From positions 39,467 through 74,380 of the forward strand of contig NMRA01000806.1 of the NCBI GenBank assembly GCA_002633005.1: DNA of 34,914 nucleotides. Reading direction: 5' to 3'. Position 1 is the stretch's first letter; each line of letters opens with the position of its first letter. Below the pieces are notes generated by a model. The model made no database searches, had not been told where the DNA came from, and saw only the letters and a list, made by a program, of their open reading frames with translations. The position numbers and the translations under genes were made by a program. Below are positions 20,890 through 32,469 of this stretch, in pieces. This stretch comes from Phoronis australis (lineage: Eukaryota > Animalia > Phoronida).

Positions 20890-23225
20890 GCAGATTCTCA
20901 GTCGCAATCACGTGCATACACTGTTCGGTGATCTTGTTTGCGGCGTACACAACCTTTGATATGGCCCAATGTCTGTCTGGGATTTCATAAATTGCTTGCA
21001 ACTGCGCAAGCACACGATTCAATAAAATTTGTATAATTACTGAAAAGCGTATTAACAAACGGGTTGTAGAAAAAGCCTCGCGTCGAATTTTCTTGTTAAA
21101 GTTATTGCAAGTGAGTCGGTCAAGAACGTAATAGAATGCATTACGGCGGTAAAATGTATCAAAAGTTTGATTAAAATACCCTAGGCAGAGTCATGTTTCA
21201 GGAGAGCACTTCTGACACTGGATTCAAGTTTTGTTATCTCTGGAGAGATGCAGAGGTGAAAAATATAATCAATAACCGGCGTAACCTTATATCAGTTTTA
21301 AATTAATGATATGAAACGATAGACCACAGAATAAAGAAGCACGTTTGAGCGTTGTTTGCTGTGTATCACATTTGATATAAATGGATGCTGCGATTCGATA
21401 TGAAATTTTAACCTTAATCGATTATTAGTGTTTTCTTACTTGTTTGCTTCGATGGGGTTTCTGATTCGTATAAACTCTCGGTGTTCGAATGGCGCCACAA
21501 CAGACTAAGCAATACAAAAGTTTCAGAGTTAACTAAATTAGCGAAGGCACGGACATGCACGGGCCCTACGCTGTCACCAGCATATATTTATGTTGGTATA
21601 GTCGGACAGGAAACGGAAATGGATGATTTTCAATGAAAATGAGAAGGAACCTTTTGTGCTTAACTATAATTCAATATGTTGCTGGACGCGGATCAAATTC
21701 AAATTAAACCGTCTTTCATTTTAATTTCCAGGTCCACGTGGAAACGATTCGTGATCCTCATTCTGGGTACAACAAATCCCGGAAGCCACGTATCTTAACC
21801 ATCTTTAGTGATAATGGCGGAAAATTTAGTCGGCGTCCTCGGAAATGTCTGATCCGAGATTATTGTTAGAAAATGCAGACACGTGGGGATTTTTGAGCAC
21901 CAGAGGATCAAAGATCCTGTTTCATGTCGATGTATAACCTACCCAAAGTTAATTCTGTTTGATTTGAATTTAATGGGCATAATTTCAACCTTTGGACAAT
22001 CCAGAACACATCTTTGAAGAATATTGGTTTTAACCGGTTTTACTCTCCCGTCCACTCACGTGAGTGCACGTTTGTTTATTCTAGCAAATCAAATATTGAA
22101 GATGTTGGACAAAACCGTGAATTCACATACTGTCTTTTAATTTTGTGTACGATGATGCTCGCGTGTGGCATCAGCTATATGAGCCCACTCCATGCGTGTT
22201 CATGCGGCACTCTGATGCAAATCTGTCCCACGAAGTGGAACAGCGCGATGATGTGTTCATCACGTGATTCCCACTAGTTTCAACTCGCTCAATCTTCACG
22301 AAAAAAGGAAGTAACTATTTATTTATGACAAAAACAGTGACCTAAAAGTTAGCAGTGTCGGGAATTGTCATTAAAAATTGTAAGTAAAATTAACTGAATG
22401 TCATTAAGCTTCATTTCGACCAGCACTGACGCAGTCGGCGTCCTTCAAGCTGCAAATGCATCTACAGTAACGTTGATGGACAGCTAAGTAGGCCTATTTA
22501 TTTCCTTGTTTAGAAATTCACGCTATGTCATTACTTCCCCATTTCAAAAGGCTGTAGAGATTATTATTTTGAATACAATATCATTACGAAGGTAAGTGTA
22601 AACTCTGTAAGATAAGACTTGCATCAGTGCCCCACATTTACCCAACATTCTCATCCCTGTGGTACACACGTGTTGCCGTCATTGAACAGATATCAAGGAG
22701 ACAAATCTGTGCAACTTGACCTCATTTTCATGACCAATCAGGAGCAATAATAGATCAGCGCGGCTTAGTCTCCACTAAGATACATGTACTACAAGTCATT
22801 TTCCTCAAAATGAGGGAAAGTGATTACAACTGTTGACAGTAACAATTTCCTGTTTGCTTTATAGCAAAATAATACTAATTATAATAATTTTAAAAAGCAT
22901 GTGAACTTAAAGTACATGTACGCCGTACTCAGCCTGCTGACAATTAGGTCTATTAAGATTTTTTCGACAAGTGTTTTACAAAAAGTTATTCTGCTCGTTT
23001 GTTTATTTCTCATCTTGTGCGTTTGTTTCCTTCCTCGTCTTGTTTGTTTGTTTGTTCATACGATACAAAGCAACATTTCTTGTTCTATGGACGTGGAACA
23101 CTTGATTTTTTGGGAATCACGTAACAATCAGTTGGCAGTAGAGAATTGCTGTAGGAATAACTTCGTCATCCCAATCAAGCACCATCCAAAACAGGTACCC
23201 AGGATTCATAGCTTCAAGTTACCCT

Positions 23226-23445
23226 CAGGGGTATTTGAGTATGTGCGAACTTCAATCATGGCAAAGGGATTTGGTCAAGACACGGTAAAAAATGATGGCT
23301 TCAGTCTAACAGGTCCACACATCCGAGTATTTCTTCTGGTTTACTGTAGCCTTGTTTAATCCTGAGTATTCCGGCGCATCCGATGAGGCACTTGCTGTTA
23401 TGATTGAAGTTCGCAAATTCACATGTATGGGCATTCAGTACCCTG
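23226..23445. repeat. About 220-bp fold-back element (probable MITE)
   Basis: Perfect 16-bp inverted repeat TGCGAACTTCAATCAT (23244-23259) / ATGATTGAAGTTCGCA (23400-23415), with further imperfect arms inside and outside (CAGGGGTA...TACCCTG). Confidence 0.7.
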
Positions 23446-23519
23446 ACTTTGGATATTTCCGTAGCCAAAAAAACTTCCGGAGATGAACGTTATCTGCTTT
23501 TGTGCAGACTTCAGCAAAT

Positions 23520-23768
23520 CATGCGCGCACCCAGGGGGGACTCGAACGNCCCCCTTCCATTTGGTGAAGTGGGTAAAAAGGTCCGCCTCATAGAAACAAA
23601 AAGTCCGAGAAAACGAGACAAAAGTCAACTAAAAAGGCGCAGACGCACAGTTCACACACCTGAAGTTGGTACCCCGTTTTTTTGTAGTTCTCCCGCTTTT
23701 TTGTTAGCAAAAGGTCCACTTTTCCAGAGATTAGAGCCCCCCCATATTAAAGGATGGGTGCGCGCATG
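23520..23768. mobile_element. 249-bp MITE with 14-bp perfect TIRs
   Basis: CATGCGCGCACCCA ... TGGGTGCGCGCATG, flanked by CAAAT on both sides. Internal AAAAGGTCC occurs twice. Confidence 0.85.
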
Positions 23769-23961
23769 CAAATCATGTGATTATGTGATTTTCAAAGCGG
23801 ATAGCTGATTTGCAGTTACCCTGATGTCAGCACATGCGCAGATAACGTTCAAGGAAATTTGAAGCTACGAACTGAATACACAAAGTTTTCGGAATGCTCA
23901 GTCGGATAATAATTGAGGCTACGAAAATACCCGAGATGTTCCGGATACTCAAAGAACATAC

Positions 23962-24130
23962 CACTCGGGTCTTCGTCTTCTTTTATTTCCAATCTAGACT
24001 GTGGTGACACCTGTCTTGGACTCTCGTCTGCTGTGAACAGTTCCTTTACTTGCAGACTCCGCGCGTCCTGGCCCACGTCCCCGTAACCGTACCATCCAAG
24101 AAGCTCATTCATCGTGTCTTCAGCATAATC
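23962..24130 (-). CDS. SOBP: SOBP exon 2 (DYAEDTMNELLGWYGY...EDEDPS)
   Basis: tttccag acceptor, G|gtatgt donor. TMNELLGWYGY is the conserved N-terminal SOBP box. Confidence 0.95.
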
Positions 24131-24967
24131 CTGGAAACGTAAAGATATCACCGATAGTCTTCAACAGTGTTTGAAGTGAAAGGCAAGGGTGCTATATTCC
24201 TACTCCTGACGTAAAGAACCCTAATTATTGTTCAACTGCCGTAGGTTTATTCATGGACCTTTGAAGTACCTGTTGTGCCACCGTTAATTCTAACGTGGGT
24301 CCTTTAAGCGGACCTCAGTTGTCGGTAGGGGTATGCTCTAGCTCACCTGCTGCACCCCACCCCCTTAAGCTGTGGGCCTATAGTGGTGTCGCTGGTGTTA
24401 TTATAGGTATGTGAGATATGGTTCTCAGTGGTTTGGGGGAACAGTACCAATAAGAGTGTTAACCAGTAAGATATTGCCTTTAGTACAGTTTTACCATGGA
24501 AACACGTCTGTTTTGAATTCATCAGCAAAAACAACTGGTTACGTGTAACTCAAAACGCAGTTAATTGTAGATTGGAATCCATTAAAATATCGGAACACTC
24601 GGTTAGCTACATGGAATGAACAATTTTGATAAAATGTGTAGAAATATGGAATGGAACTTCACCATTGAGGAGTTGGGTAACTGTGCATCGCAGGTTTTAA
24701 CAGCAAAAGCTGGGATATACCTGCCTTCGGCAAAGAGATTAGCTCTTATTTTTGCCCACTTACCACATTGAACAGTGTTTTTAAATTACTTGTGATTTAT
24801 GGACTTTGGAAGATCGCGCAGTTCCTACATCACTGCTTGAGACAATGCGCGGTACGGAAAATGATCTACCGTGACAAGTTAACTTATTGAGCCTCAGCGA
24901 TGAACGCATTCTCAAGAAGAGAAATCACTTCTACTCTAAACAACAAGTTGACAGCATATAACGGTAA

Positions 24968-25176
24968 CATGTGCTCACCACCTCGTACCCCCCCCCCCCC
25001 CNGAAGTGGGCAAAAAGGTCCGTCTCAAAGAAACAAATACTACGAAAAACTAGAAAACGAGAAAGAAGCCAGGCGAATGCACAATTCATACATCTAGCTC
25101 TGAACGTACCCCGTTAATCTCAGTAAAAGGTCCACATTTTCAAAAATTCGCCCCCCACCCATTTTTAGGCTGCATA
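24968..25176. mobile_element. Decayed second copy of the 23520-23768 MITE family, same orientation
   Basis: Shares in order CATG(T/C)GC, GAAGTGGG(C/T)AAAAAGGTCCG, AGAAACAAA, GAAAACGAGA, GTACCCCGTT and AAAAGGTCCAC. TIRs eroded. Confidence 0.7.
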
Positions 25177-25628
25177 GGTAAGTGGAGTTAATCAAATTTA
25201 ATTCTGTCGACGGAAAGTGATTTTGCAGTAGCTTTTTAAGCTACTGAGTAATTGTTTTTGTAACATAAAATTCAGAAAATGTAAAGCCTTGGAAAGAAAC
25301 TGCCAGAATAGGTGTTCATTGAAAATTTAAACACACAATGGAATATTAGTCGTTTATGCTATCTGCTGGGATTTAATGTCGGTTGTTTCATTTGGACAAT
25401 AGTAAGTACATGAAGTAGATAAAACTCACTCTGCATCACGTTTACAACTGCGCACATGTAGACCAGAAAACGCCGAAAGCCATTGTCGAGTAATTACGAT
25501 GTCGCACTCCTGGCTGCTTACGGCAAAATTATAAAACAAACCAAAATGTTTCATTTCCACTGCTATCTCCCGAAAATCCCGTCATCACTTCCTTGTCTTA
25601 GTTGGGAAGCTTAGCAGCAATGTGGTAT

Positions 25629-26315
25629 CCTGTCGCAGACATACAGCAGGGTACTTCTGTCGCCTACGCGACTCAGGCTGAGTCCTTCCCGCGCACAAAG
25701 TTCTTCCCTCGCATAAAATTATTCCCTCGCGCACGCTATTCCTGTCTCGCGGACTCACTTCTCCCTTTTGTGCTACTTTTCCCGAACACATTTCTTTGCT
25801 CGCGAACGGACCAACTACAATGATATTCCCTGCCCGCGGTGCCACTTCCGGCTCTCGGAATTTAGTTGGTCGAGCTGCTGGAGTCTAGTTTCGTTGCTGA
25901 TTCATTTTTTCTAATACATTAGTTGAATATCGTCAAATGAAATGAAAATTGTATTTCTCCCATCATACGATGCGAATGTTATGCAGTTTATCAAACTTCA
26001 TTACAAAAATCATGTACTTCATCAATACTAATGTTCACGGGATCAACTTGAGACATACAAGTAAAACCGACTGTTAAGTGTTAAGTGAGTCCAATAGCAT
26101 TTTCATAATATAAAAACATTTGAGTCGTACTAGTGTTTTGTTTTCATTATTGTAGCTTCAAGGCAGAAGTTGTAATATAAATTGGCAGGAACTTGAGTTG
26201 ATTAGTGCTTAGAGATATTATGCCAGGTTATGCGAAGTGGCCCGAGAGAAGGGAACGTCGTGCGAGGGCACAGAATGGTTTTTGTAGGGAGTACCGGTAT
26301 ATGTGCGGGAACAGG
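25629..26315. mobile_element. Degenerate long-TIR element with GC-rich arms around an AT-rich core
   Basis: 25629-25716 (CCTGTCGCAGACATA..GGTACT..CCCGCGCAC..TCGCATAA) resembles the reverse complement of 26228-26315 (TTATGCGA..GTGCGAGGG..AGTACC..TATGTGCGGGAACAGG). Confidence 0.45.
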
Positions 26316-27515
26316 TTGGCTCGTCCGCAAGCGTGGGTGAGAGAAGAGTTTTACGGTGCACCGGCAACCCTCAATCAAGCGCCGGGGAAAAGATCGAGGT
26401 TTAACTGCCTAGTTCAGTGATCACCCCAATAGCCATGGCGCTCAAAGCCACTTAACTAGGGACCGAGATCATCGTTTTCCCTTGTGGCGTTTAAGTGCGA
26501 CACACCAAGTTATTGACTCCGTCAAACTGCATTTCCTTCCAATGCAATAGCATGCCAAAAATGTGCTAGTCATCCGTTACCTGATCAGCGGTGTTGTCTA
26601 TTAAAGTGACATCTGTTGTAGTTAGTCTATATCACATCTCAGCTCCTAAACATATTAGTGTAAGAACACTTCGAAGTTTAATAACTATGATGTGTACCGT
26701 TGACTCGAAGAACTGAAAAGCTACTCTTACGGGGTTGCCACATGGCAATTTTGCATTCTGCATGATGCAGCAACAATCATTCTGAGGTTACATGTGTGGG
26801 TCGTACTGAGATGGCGTCCACATTAAAATTGTACACATATGATATAGGTCTAAAATGTACATTATGTGGTCTAGTGTTGCTGCGGTAGATAGCAACAGAC
26901 ATTTCGAACTCTTGTAACAAAAGCCAAGAGGGTGCCTCAGAGAGCTGTCGCTCGTGTCAAACGGAACGCATCGGGTTACAACGAGGCTAGCTTAAAAAGT
27001 GTGTTATTGTTTGTTTTCGCACAGGCCAGAGTTGGTATGCAAATGTTGATGTTCTCAATTTGAGCCAGAACTGATGCAGCTCGAGTGCAGTAGTAATCTG
27101 AGACGACAGTCTACGCAAATCCATCTGCGGCGATGTCAGAAATCCTATCCACCCTCCACATAGCACGAACATACGAGGGGGTAAGCTGATACCCTGGTCT
27201 TCAAAATACAAGCCGTCTTATCGCTTGTGCAACTAGATTCTGCTGAAATAACAGTTCTCTACATCCCGGAATATGGGCTAATGACTTCGTTTGTTAGCTG
27301 TGCGAGCTACGAAACACGGCGTACGGTCGAGAGTAAACTCGTGTACTCTATAATGTAATTAAATTTGATTTTATTTTGGTCAAATTGCGCGAACGAATTC
27401 AAAATTTTTACAAGCATTTGATTGATAACTGTTTAAAGTGATCATGACGACCTCTGTTATGTGATATAATCATTCTGACAATTACTGCTACACTTCCCAT
27501 TATAATGATGATCGT

Positions 27516-27534
27516 TATATATATATATATATAT
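27516..27534. repeat. (TA)n microsatellite
   Basis: About 9 TA units. Confidence 0.9.
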
Positions 27535-27537
27535 TAC

Positions 27538-27580
27538 TGCCGGATTTAAACCCACGATCTTCAGAATATGCACCTGAGAC
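27538..27580 (-). pseudogene. Degenerate tRNA-Met-like 3' half (tRNA pseudogene or SINE head remnant)
   Basis: Minus strand TCAGG-TGCATAT-TCTGA-AGATC-GTGGGTTTAAATCC: 5-bp stem, 7-nt loop centred on CAT, 5-nt variable loop, decayed B box. No D arm or acceptor stem. Confidence 0.35.
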
Positions 27581-30500
27581 TTACATCATACGTTCTCGTG
27601 GGCACGTCTAAACGGCATCTAGAATGCCCCCAAATGCACTTAACAGCGCGTTGCCGCTCATGGATGGCGAAAGGCATAAACTGCCCATCGAGGGGTCGTT
27701 GAAAATCCAGAATAGCACTAAGTGAAAACTGGGTTACCAGTAGCAACGCCTCAAAGAGGTTTGATCAAGTGATGGTTATTAGAATTATCATTTTAATTGA
27801 AGAAATACATGACGTTAAATTAACTTATCTGGTAAAACACGTTTTGGTCGAGTACTATAAATTACACTTAGTAACCATTAAAATACTTTTAAAGTAAGAA
27901 TTGTATTTTGTGTGGATAGCGAAAAAAAGCATTAGGTGGAATTTGTTTGCGAAAAAATTCTAAGCTGCTTGTAATGATAATGACTTGTTTTAAGAACATC
28001 CCACGACGTTCTCTCGTCGCTTAGCTGTTGGCGTGTTACGCTTCTCGGAAAATAGTTTTGACCAATTTCTTTACTCTTGCATCAATTTTTACGAGCAAGA
28101 AAACAAGCTACCCGGCTCACGCACCACGCCTAACGGACCAGCAAATACGGTCCACGGACTCTTCACTGCTCATCCGCTAGTTTGCTAGTGGTTGCGAGAC
28201 CATGAGCCATGCTTTTTCAATGCGTGCGCTGCGTTTAGTGAGTGCAGGATTGAGTTTGGTATGTGCGACAGTGAACAGGTCTGTGAGCCGTGTTCACAAG
28301 TACGCGAGCCGCACTGTTGAAATAGCCTTGACATTAGTCCAACCCAACTGCAAGTTGGTGTGGTTTCCTTGGTAACGGAAAGAAAACACCTGGAGGTACT
28401 ACTAAGTTTCCTTTCAAAAACTTTCTAAAATCAAAAAATGATTTCGCACATGTATGGTCGAGGCTGTTGAGCAGCACCAATAATTTGAGCGGCGTGCCTG
28501 TTCGTATAGTAAGTTGTCCCAAAATCATTTTCCATTAGATTTGAGCGCCGTACGTTCACAGCCAGCTATAATGGTAGAGCGAACGAAAATTTATTTTAAA
28601 GTTAAAGGCGGTATTTTTGCGTAGTACTATAAATGATTTTATTTAATGCGGCTATCAAACCCGCCTTTCGTCACAGAAACTAACGCTTACAATTATAGTG
28701 TCAGCCATCGTTAGTCAAAACAGAGTGAGTTTCAGGATTTGAAAAGAATAGGCATTGGTTATTGTTTAAGACTAGAGATTACAAACTTGACACGGTGGGT
28801 CATCACGCTTTTGTGTCAGGACTGGTCTTAGAAAAATAACGAAATTTCCTGACCCAAACCACTTCTCCTTTGAGTTAGGAACAAGTCGAGATCAGCTTCA
28901 TAGCAGTAAATGATCTAAATCAATATTTAATTTCTTTGATGGAACTCGGGATTCTAGTGAATCTAAATTAAGGAGACGAATTTACAATGAGGTCCGTACT
29001 AGAAAGCATGGGAAGGGCACCCCAGGACCAAATCACGGACATGCAATTTGATGGGAATAGATAACATTTTGAGGAGCAGAGTTCAAACGGGTTTGAATGT
29101 ATATGCCTATGACCCTCTCCGTAATAATTTTATTTCTAGTAGGGCAGCTACTCATCATTACTGCCGCCACGCGCGTGTATCATAATATTTTGAGAAGTGA
29201 TAAAACGTCATTTGCGGTTGCTGCAATCTTTTAAACTTGACCAGGTCGTCCATTTTCGTAAGCCGGCTGCGTTCTCAAACTTTCGGACATTTGTCCATGA
29301 GAAATGGTCCACTCTGCGTGTGTGCTATGTTATTTGCAGATAACGTTCATGAAACCGACACCAAGGCTACAAAGTTCAACTGGCAAACATAGAATAGGAA
29401 ACTGGACGCCGTTTTCTTAAACGATACCATTGACTAGAGGCGCGTCGGATTTCAACCATGTTAATATTTTAACAAAACACACTTATGGAGAGATCGAATT
29501 CGTAGCGCACTCGCGACAAAAACAGTTTACACAGACCCCTTTTAAACGAGATCGAATTTCCGAACATTTGCGCTGAGCGCACAATACACCTTGGTCGTGC
29601 AGGTAAAGTTACATCATCAACGTCAGCTGAAAGCATTTGCTATGTAAACTGAGAACGGATGAAGGGGAAGTATGGAAATTCTAACTCTCGGCGCAGCCAC
29701 TGCGCCGTTTATTATTTCGAATCGACCGTGAGGCAATACGTTCTACGAGTGTTATGTTGCCTCACGCAGACTCGATTGACTGAAATGGGCTTGTTGCAGC
29801 CGCCTGAAGATAGCCCGTTTTGTTTAGACCGAGTCCGGACGGGTTTTAATATTAATCAGTACTAGATTTCCGTTGGTGTTCGTCTAGTGTCGTGCTTAAC
29901 GTGGTGGGAGTCCAGTCAGTTTCCAACCGTGTTCACTCATCTTATCGCTGGAACAGAAATCGCGAAAATCTTGGCATCAGTGCGGTGTGGCACCATGGTC
30001 CCGTTGCCAACTTAAAAAGCCGGCGGCACTGGATAGCAACAATGACATAGCATCGTCACGCGTCATGTTGATATTGTTGAACAATGCATATGACGTCATG
30101 CAAAAATCAGTTTTACGCAAGCAAGCCTAGGAGTTCATGTTATAACTTTGACTCATTCACACCGTAATGCTAATGTCACTACAATATCGTGTTGCCACTG
30201 CTGTCGCCTTGCTCTTGATTGTTGACACGCAACTGAACAATAAAATTATCAAGCGATAGGTTTTATGTAACCCGTGCCATGTTTAAACAGGTTTGGGCTC
30301 ATGAACAACGCAAGCTGTCGGTTAGAATGGTAACTTTATAAATTGTTCTAAACTAAAAATATGTTTGATCGGACGTATAGAGAAACGTGTCTTTTAACGG
30401 TACTGTAATTTTAACACTGATTATAAAATATACGACACCTCCTCGCCAGGACATAAGTATGACTACGATTCGATATTGAGCGTTAAATATTTTCCCAAGT

Positions 30501-30798
30501 ACTGATGTTGGTGACAAAGAACCGCCCAAATCACGATCGTCACTTTTGGTCAGTTTCAGTAACTGTCAACTTAAGCTGGTGTCCAGTTAGCGAAATCCGA
30601 TGTTTCCCATGATCGTGATGTCGCAGAAAGGAACAACATTTTTGACGAAAAATTGTAGTTCCACTTATACAAGTCAAAAAAATTCAGAATTAATTATTGT
30701 TGATTGTGATCAATTGATTTTCCGATGACGAGTTCAATAATTTGACAATCAATCAACTCTTTTAAATATCCCCGTAGCAATTAAGTTGATTTACTGAC

Positions 30799-30885
30799 CT
30801 TCATATTATTGGGCTCTTCTTTAATTCGCACGGCCTGGCTTGTTCCGTCGTCTCCGCCAACCTCTTGTGCCTTGTTATCAGACAT
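30799..30885 (-). CDS. SOBP: SOBP exon 1 coding part (MSDNKAQEVGGDDGTSQAVRIKEEPNNMK)
   Basis: ATG in gcagcaATG context; AAG|gtcagt donor, phase 0 into exon 2. RIKEEPNNMK|DYAE parallels vertebrate VKREINEEMK|NFAE. Confidence 0.85.
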
Positions 30886-30990
30886 TGCTGCATTTGGTTG
30901 TGTTTTCCAGCCGTGCTTTAGTAAATGTGATCCTAGAAATCTCGTAATTATTGACTTTAAAACCGCACAGCCTGTCATTTGATACAACAT

Positions 30991-31090
30991 ATTGAATTTC
31001 CCTCCCGAGCATGCGCAGGAGCACGTTTAATCGCCACCAGAGGTCAGTCTGAAAGTTAAACGCCAGCTTACAGCTACACTATACGTGGCG
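30991..31090 (-). promoter_or_regulatory. Putative SOBP proximal promoter region
   Basis: GC/CpG-richer patch upstream of exon 1 with an NRF1-like GCATGCGCA (about 31009-31017) and a CTCF-like CCACCAGAGGTCAG (31034-31047). TSS not determinable. Confidence 0.35.
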
Positions 31091-32308
31091 CAGGGGTGGA
31101 AGGCCTTTCAAGTGAGATCGGACATTTTTACTTAAAAGGAACATTTTGTTTTTACCGCAAACGGACCTTAATCTTTTATTTTATGGAGGAAAAACATTAG
31201 AGCTAGTAAGTCCCATTGAAAAATTAGCGCACATATTAATTTTTAGGCTGCATGGGTGAGATTTATTGATTTGATCCGATATGATATTTTGACGGTATTT
31301 TTATCGATACTTACAGAAAGTGTGAGCATGCCTGACATCTGCTTAAATTCACCGTATTGTTTTCACAATGACCACAGTGACATTTTCGATAGAAAACCGA
31401 CTGTCACAGCTTAGCATTCTTTAAATTACCAAATACTTTATTTTCTAAACTTTCATGTACTTAAAACCCAAATGTTTTTGTGAGTCTACTTTTACTTTTC
31501 ACACAAACCTCCAATACATTTCGCCTGCCTCGGTACCCGCTGGTATTCTCAAAGCGAGCTAAAATAAACCTTATAGTAAAAACAATTTAAAAAGGTCTTT
31601 GTAAATAACTACAGAAATTTGTGTTGGACAGCGCCGATTTTTTCACTAACTGAACTATTTGCGATGTGTTGTTATCAATATGAGGACTGTAGAAAGACTA
31701 ATAATTTTTACTTATACCATATCAAAGCGCTGATTTATATAATTTACAATGAGTTAATCTCATTTTTTAAGCTCATGACTGCCGAATTTTTATATCCTCG
31801 TTTTTTCATGATTGTGCGGCATTTTAACTATTTCGCCCCCGCGTATCACTGTTGTTGGTCTTCAATAAGTATTGTTCGCAAAAAAGTCAGTGTGGCGCAC
31901 GATGGTCTAATATGCCACTGTCTCTTTCCGAGGAAATGCCTTCCTTCAGCAGAGATCATGGTATTCAAGGTCTAAAGAAGCCGCCCAGCCGCCATGCGGT
32001 GTTCCCTAGAGTAACAAAATTGGCTCGTGTTTCATTTATTCCAATACTTGATAAAATTTCCATCATCATTGGCATAACATTTTTTTAGACTCTGTGACAT
32101 GCTGTTGGCGACATCATTCTCAATTCCTTGCTCTGCAATACTGGCTGTTGGCTTTCATTTTATTAAGCATAGGCGGCGCAGCACTGAAAAAAGTGGAAGA
32201 CTATATATAGCACCCCAAGCCCCCTATGGTGCGCCGCCCCGCATGTTTAGTAGTACCCTGTTATTACAGCGGTTATACCGGCGCATTTGCCTGCATTCTC
32301 CACTTTGA

Positions 32309-32469
32309 TAGTCTAATGATTGCTCCTAGAATGGAAGTTCGCACATGCGCAGATATGAAAAACACCTCCGAGGGCATCCAGAAGACCTCAAACACTTTCG
32401 TGGCCTCAAATTTACCCTCGGAGGTGACGCGTTGTCTAGTGTCCACATTAGATCGGGGACACTAGGCTA
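32309..32469. mobile_element. Small structured non-autonomous element with two internal hairpins
   Basis: Termini TAGTCTAATG / CACTAGGCTA (8/10 inverted). Perfect 12-bp IR CACCTCCGAGGG (32363) / CCCTCGGAGGTG (32415). Terminal hairpin GTCTAGTGTCC...GGACACTAGGC. Confidence 0.55.

Noticed and set aside
22901-23359. 152-aa plus-strand ORF with a hydrophobic N-terminus; also a minus-strand LDWDDE peptide recalling BEL/Pao pol
   Set aside because: Non-ATG start, the hydrophobicity comes from T-rich low complexity, and it overlaps a fold-back repeat. The LDWDDE match has no supporting flanking motifs.
23404-23808. 134-aa ORF
   Set aside because: Reads through a non-coding MITE.
29803-29850. CTGAAGA followed by a stem (also CTGACGA near 33338) as hammerhead candidates
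   Set aside because: No GAAA box after the stem.
30090-30099. Palindromic CRE ATGACGTCAT in SOBP intron 1 (another TGACGTCA at 12769)
   Set aside because: Isolated 8-10-mers are expected by chance in 35 kb.
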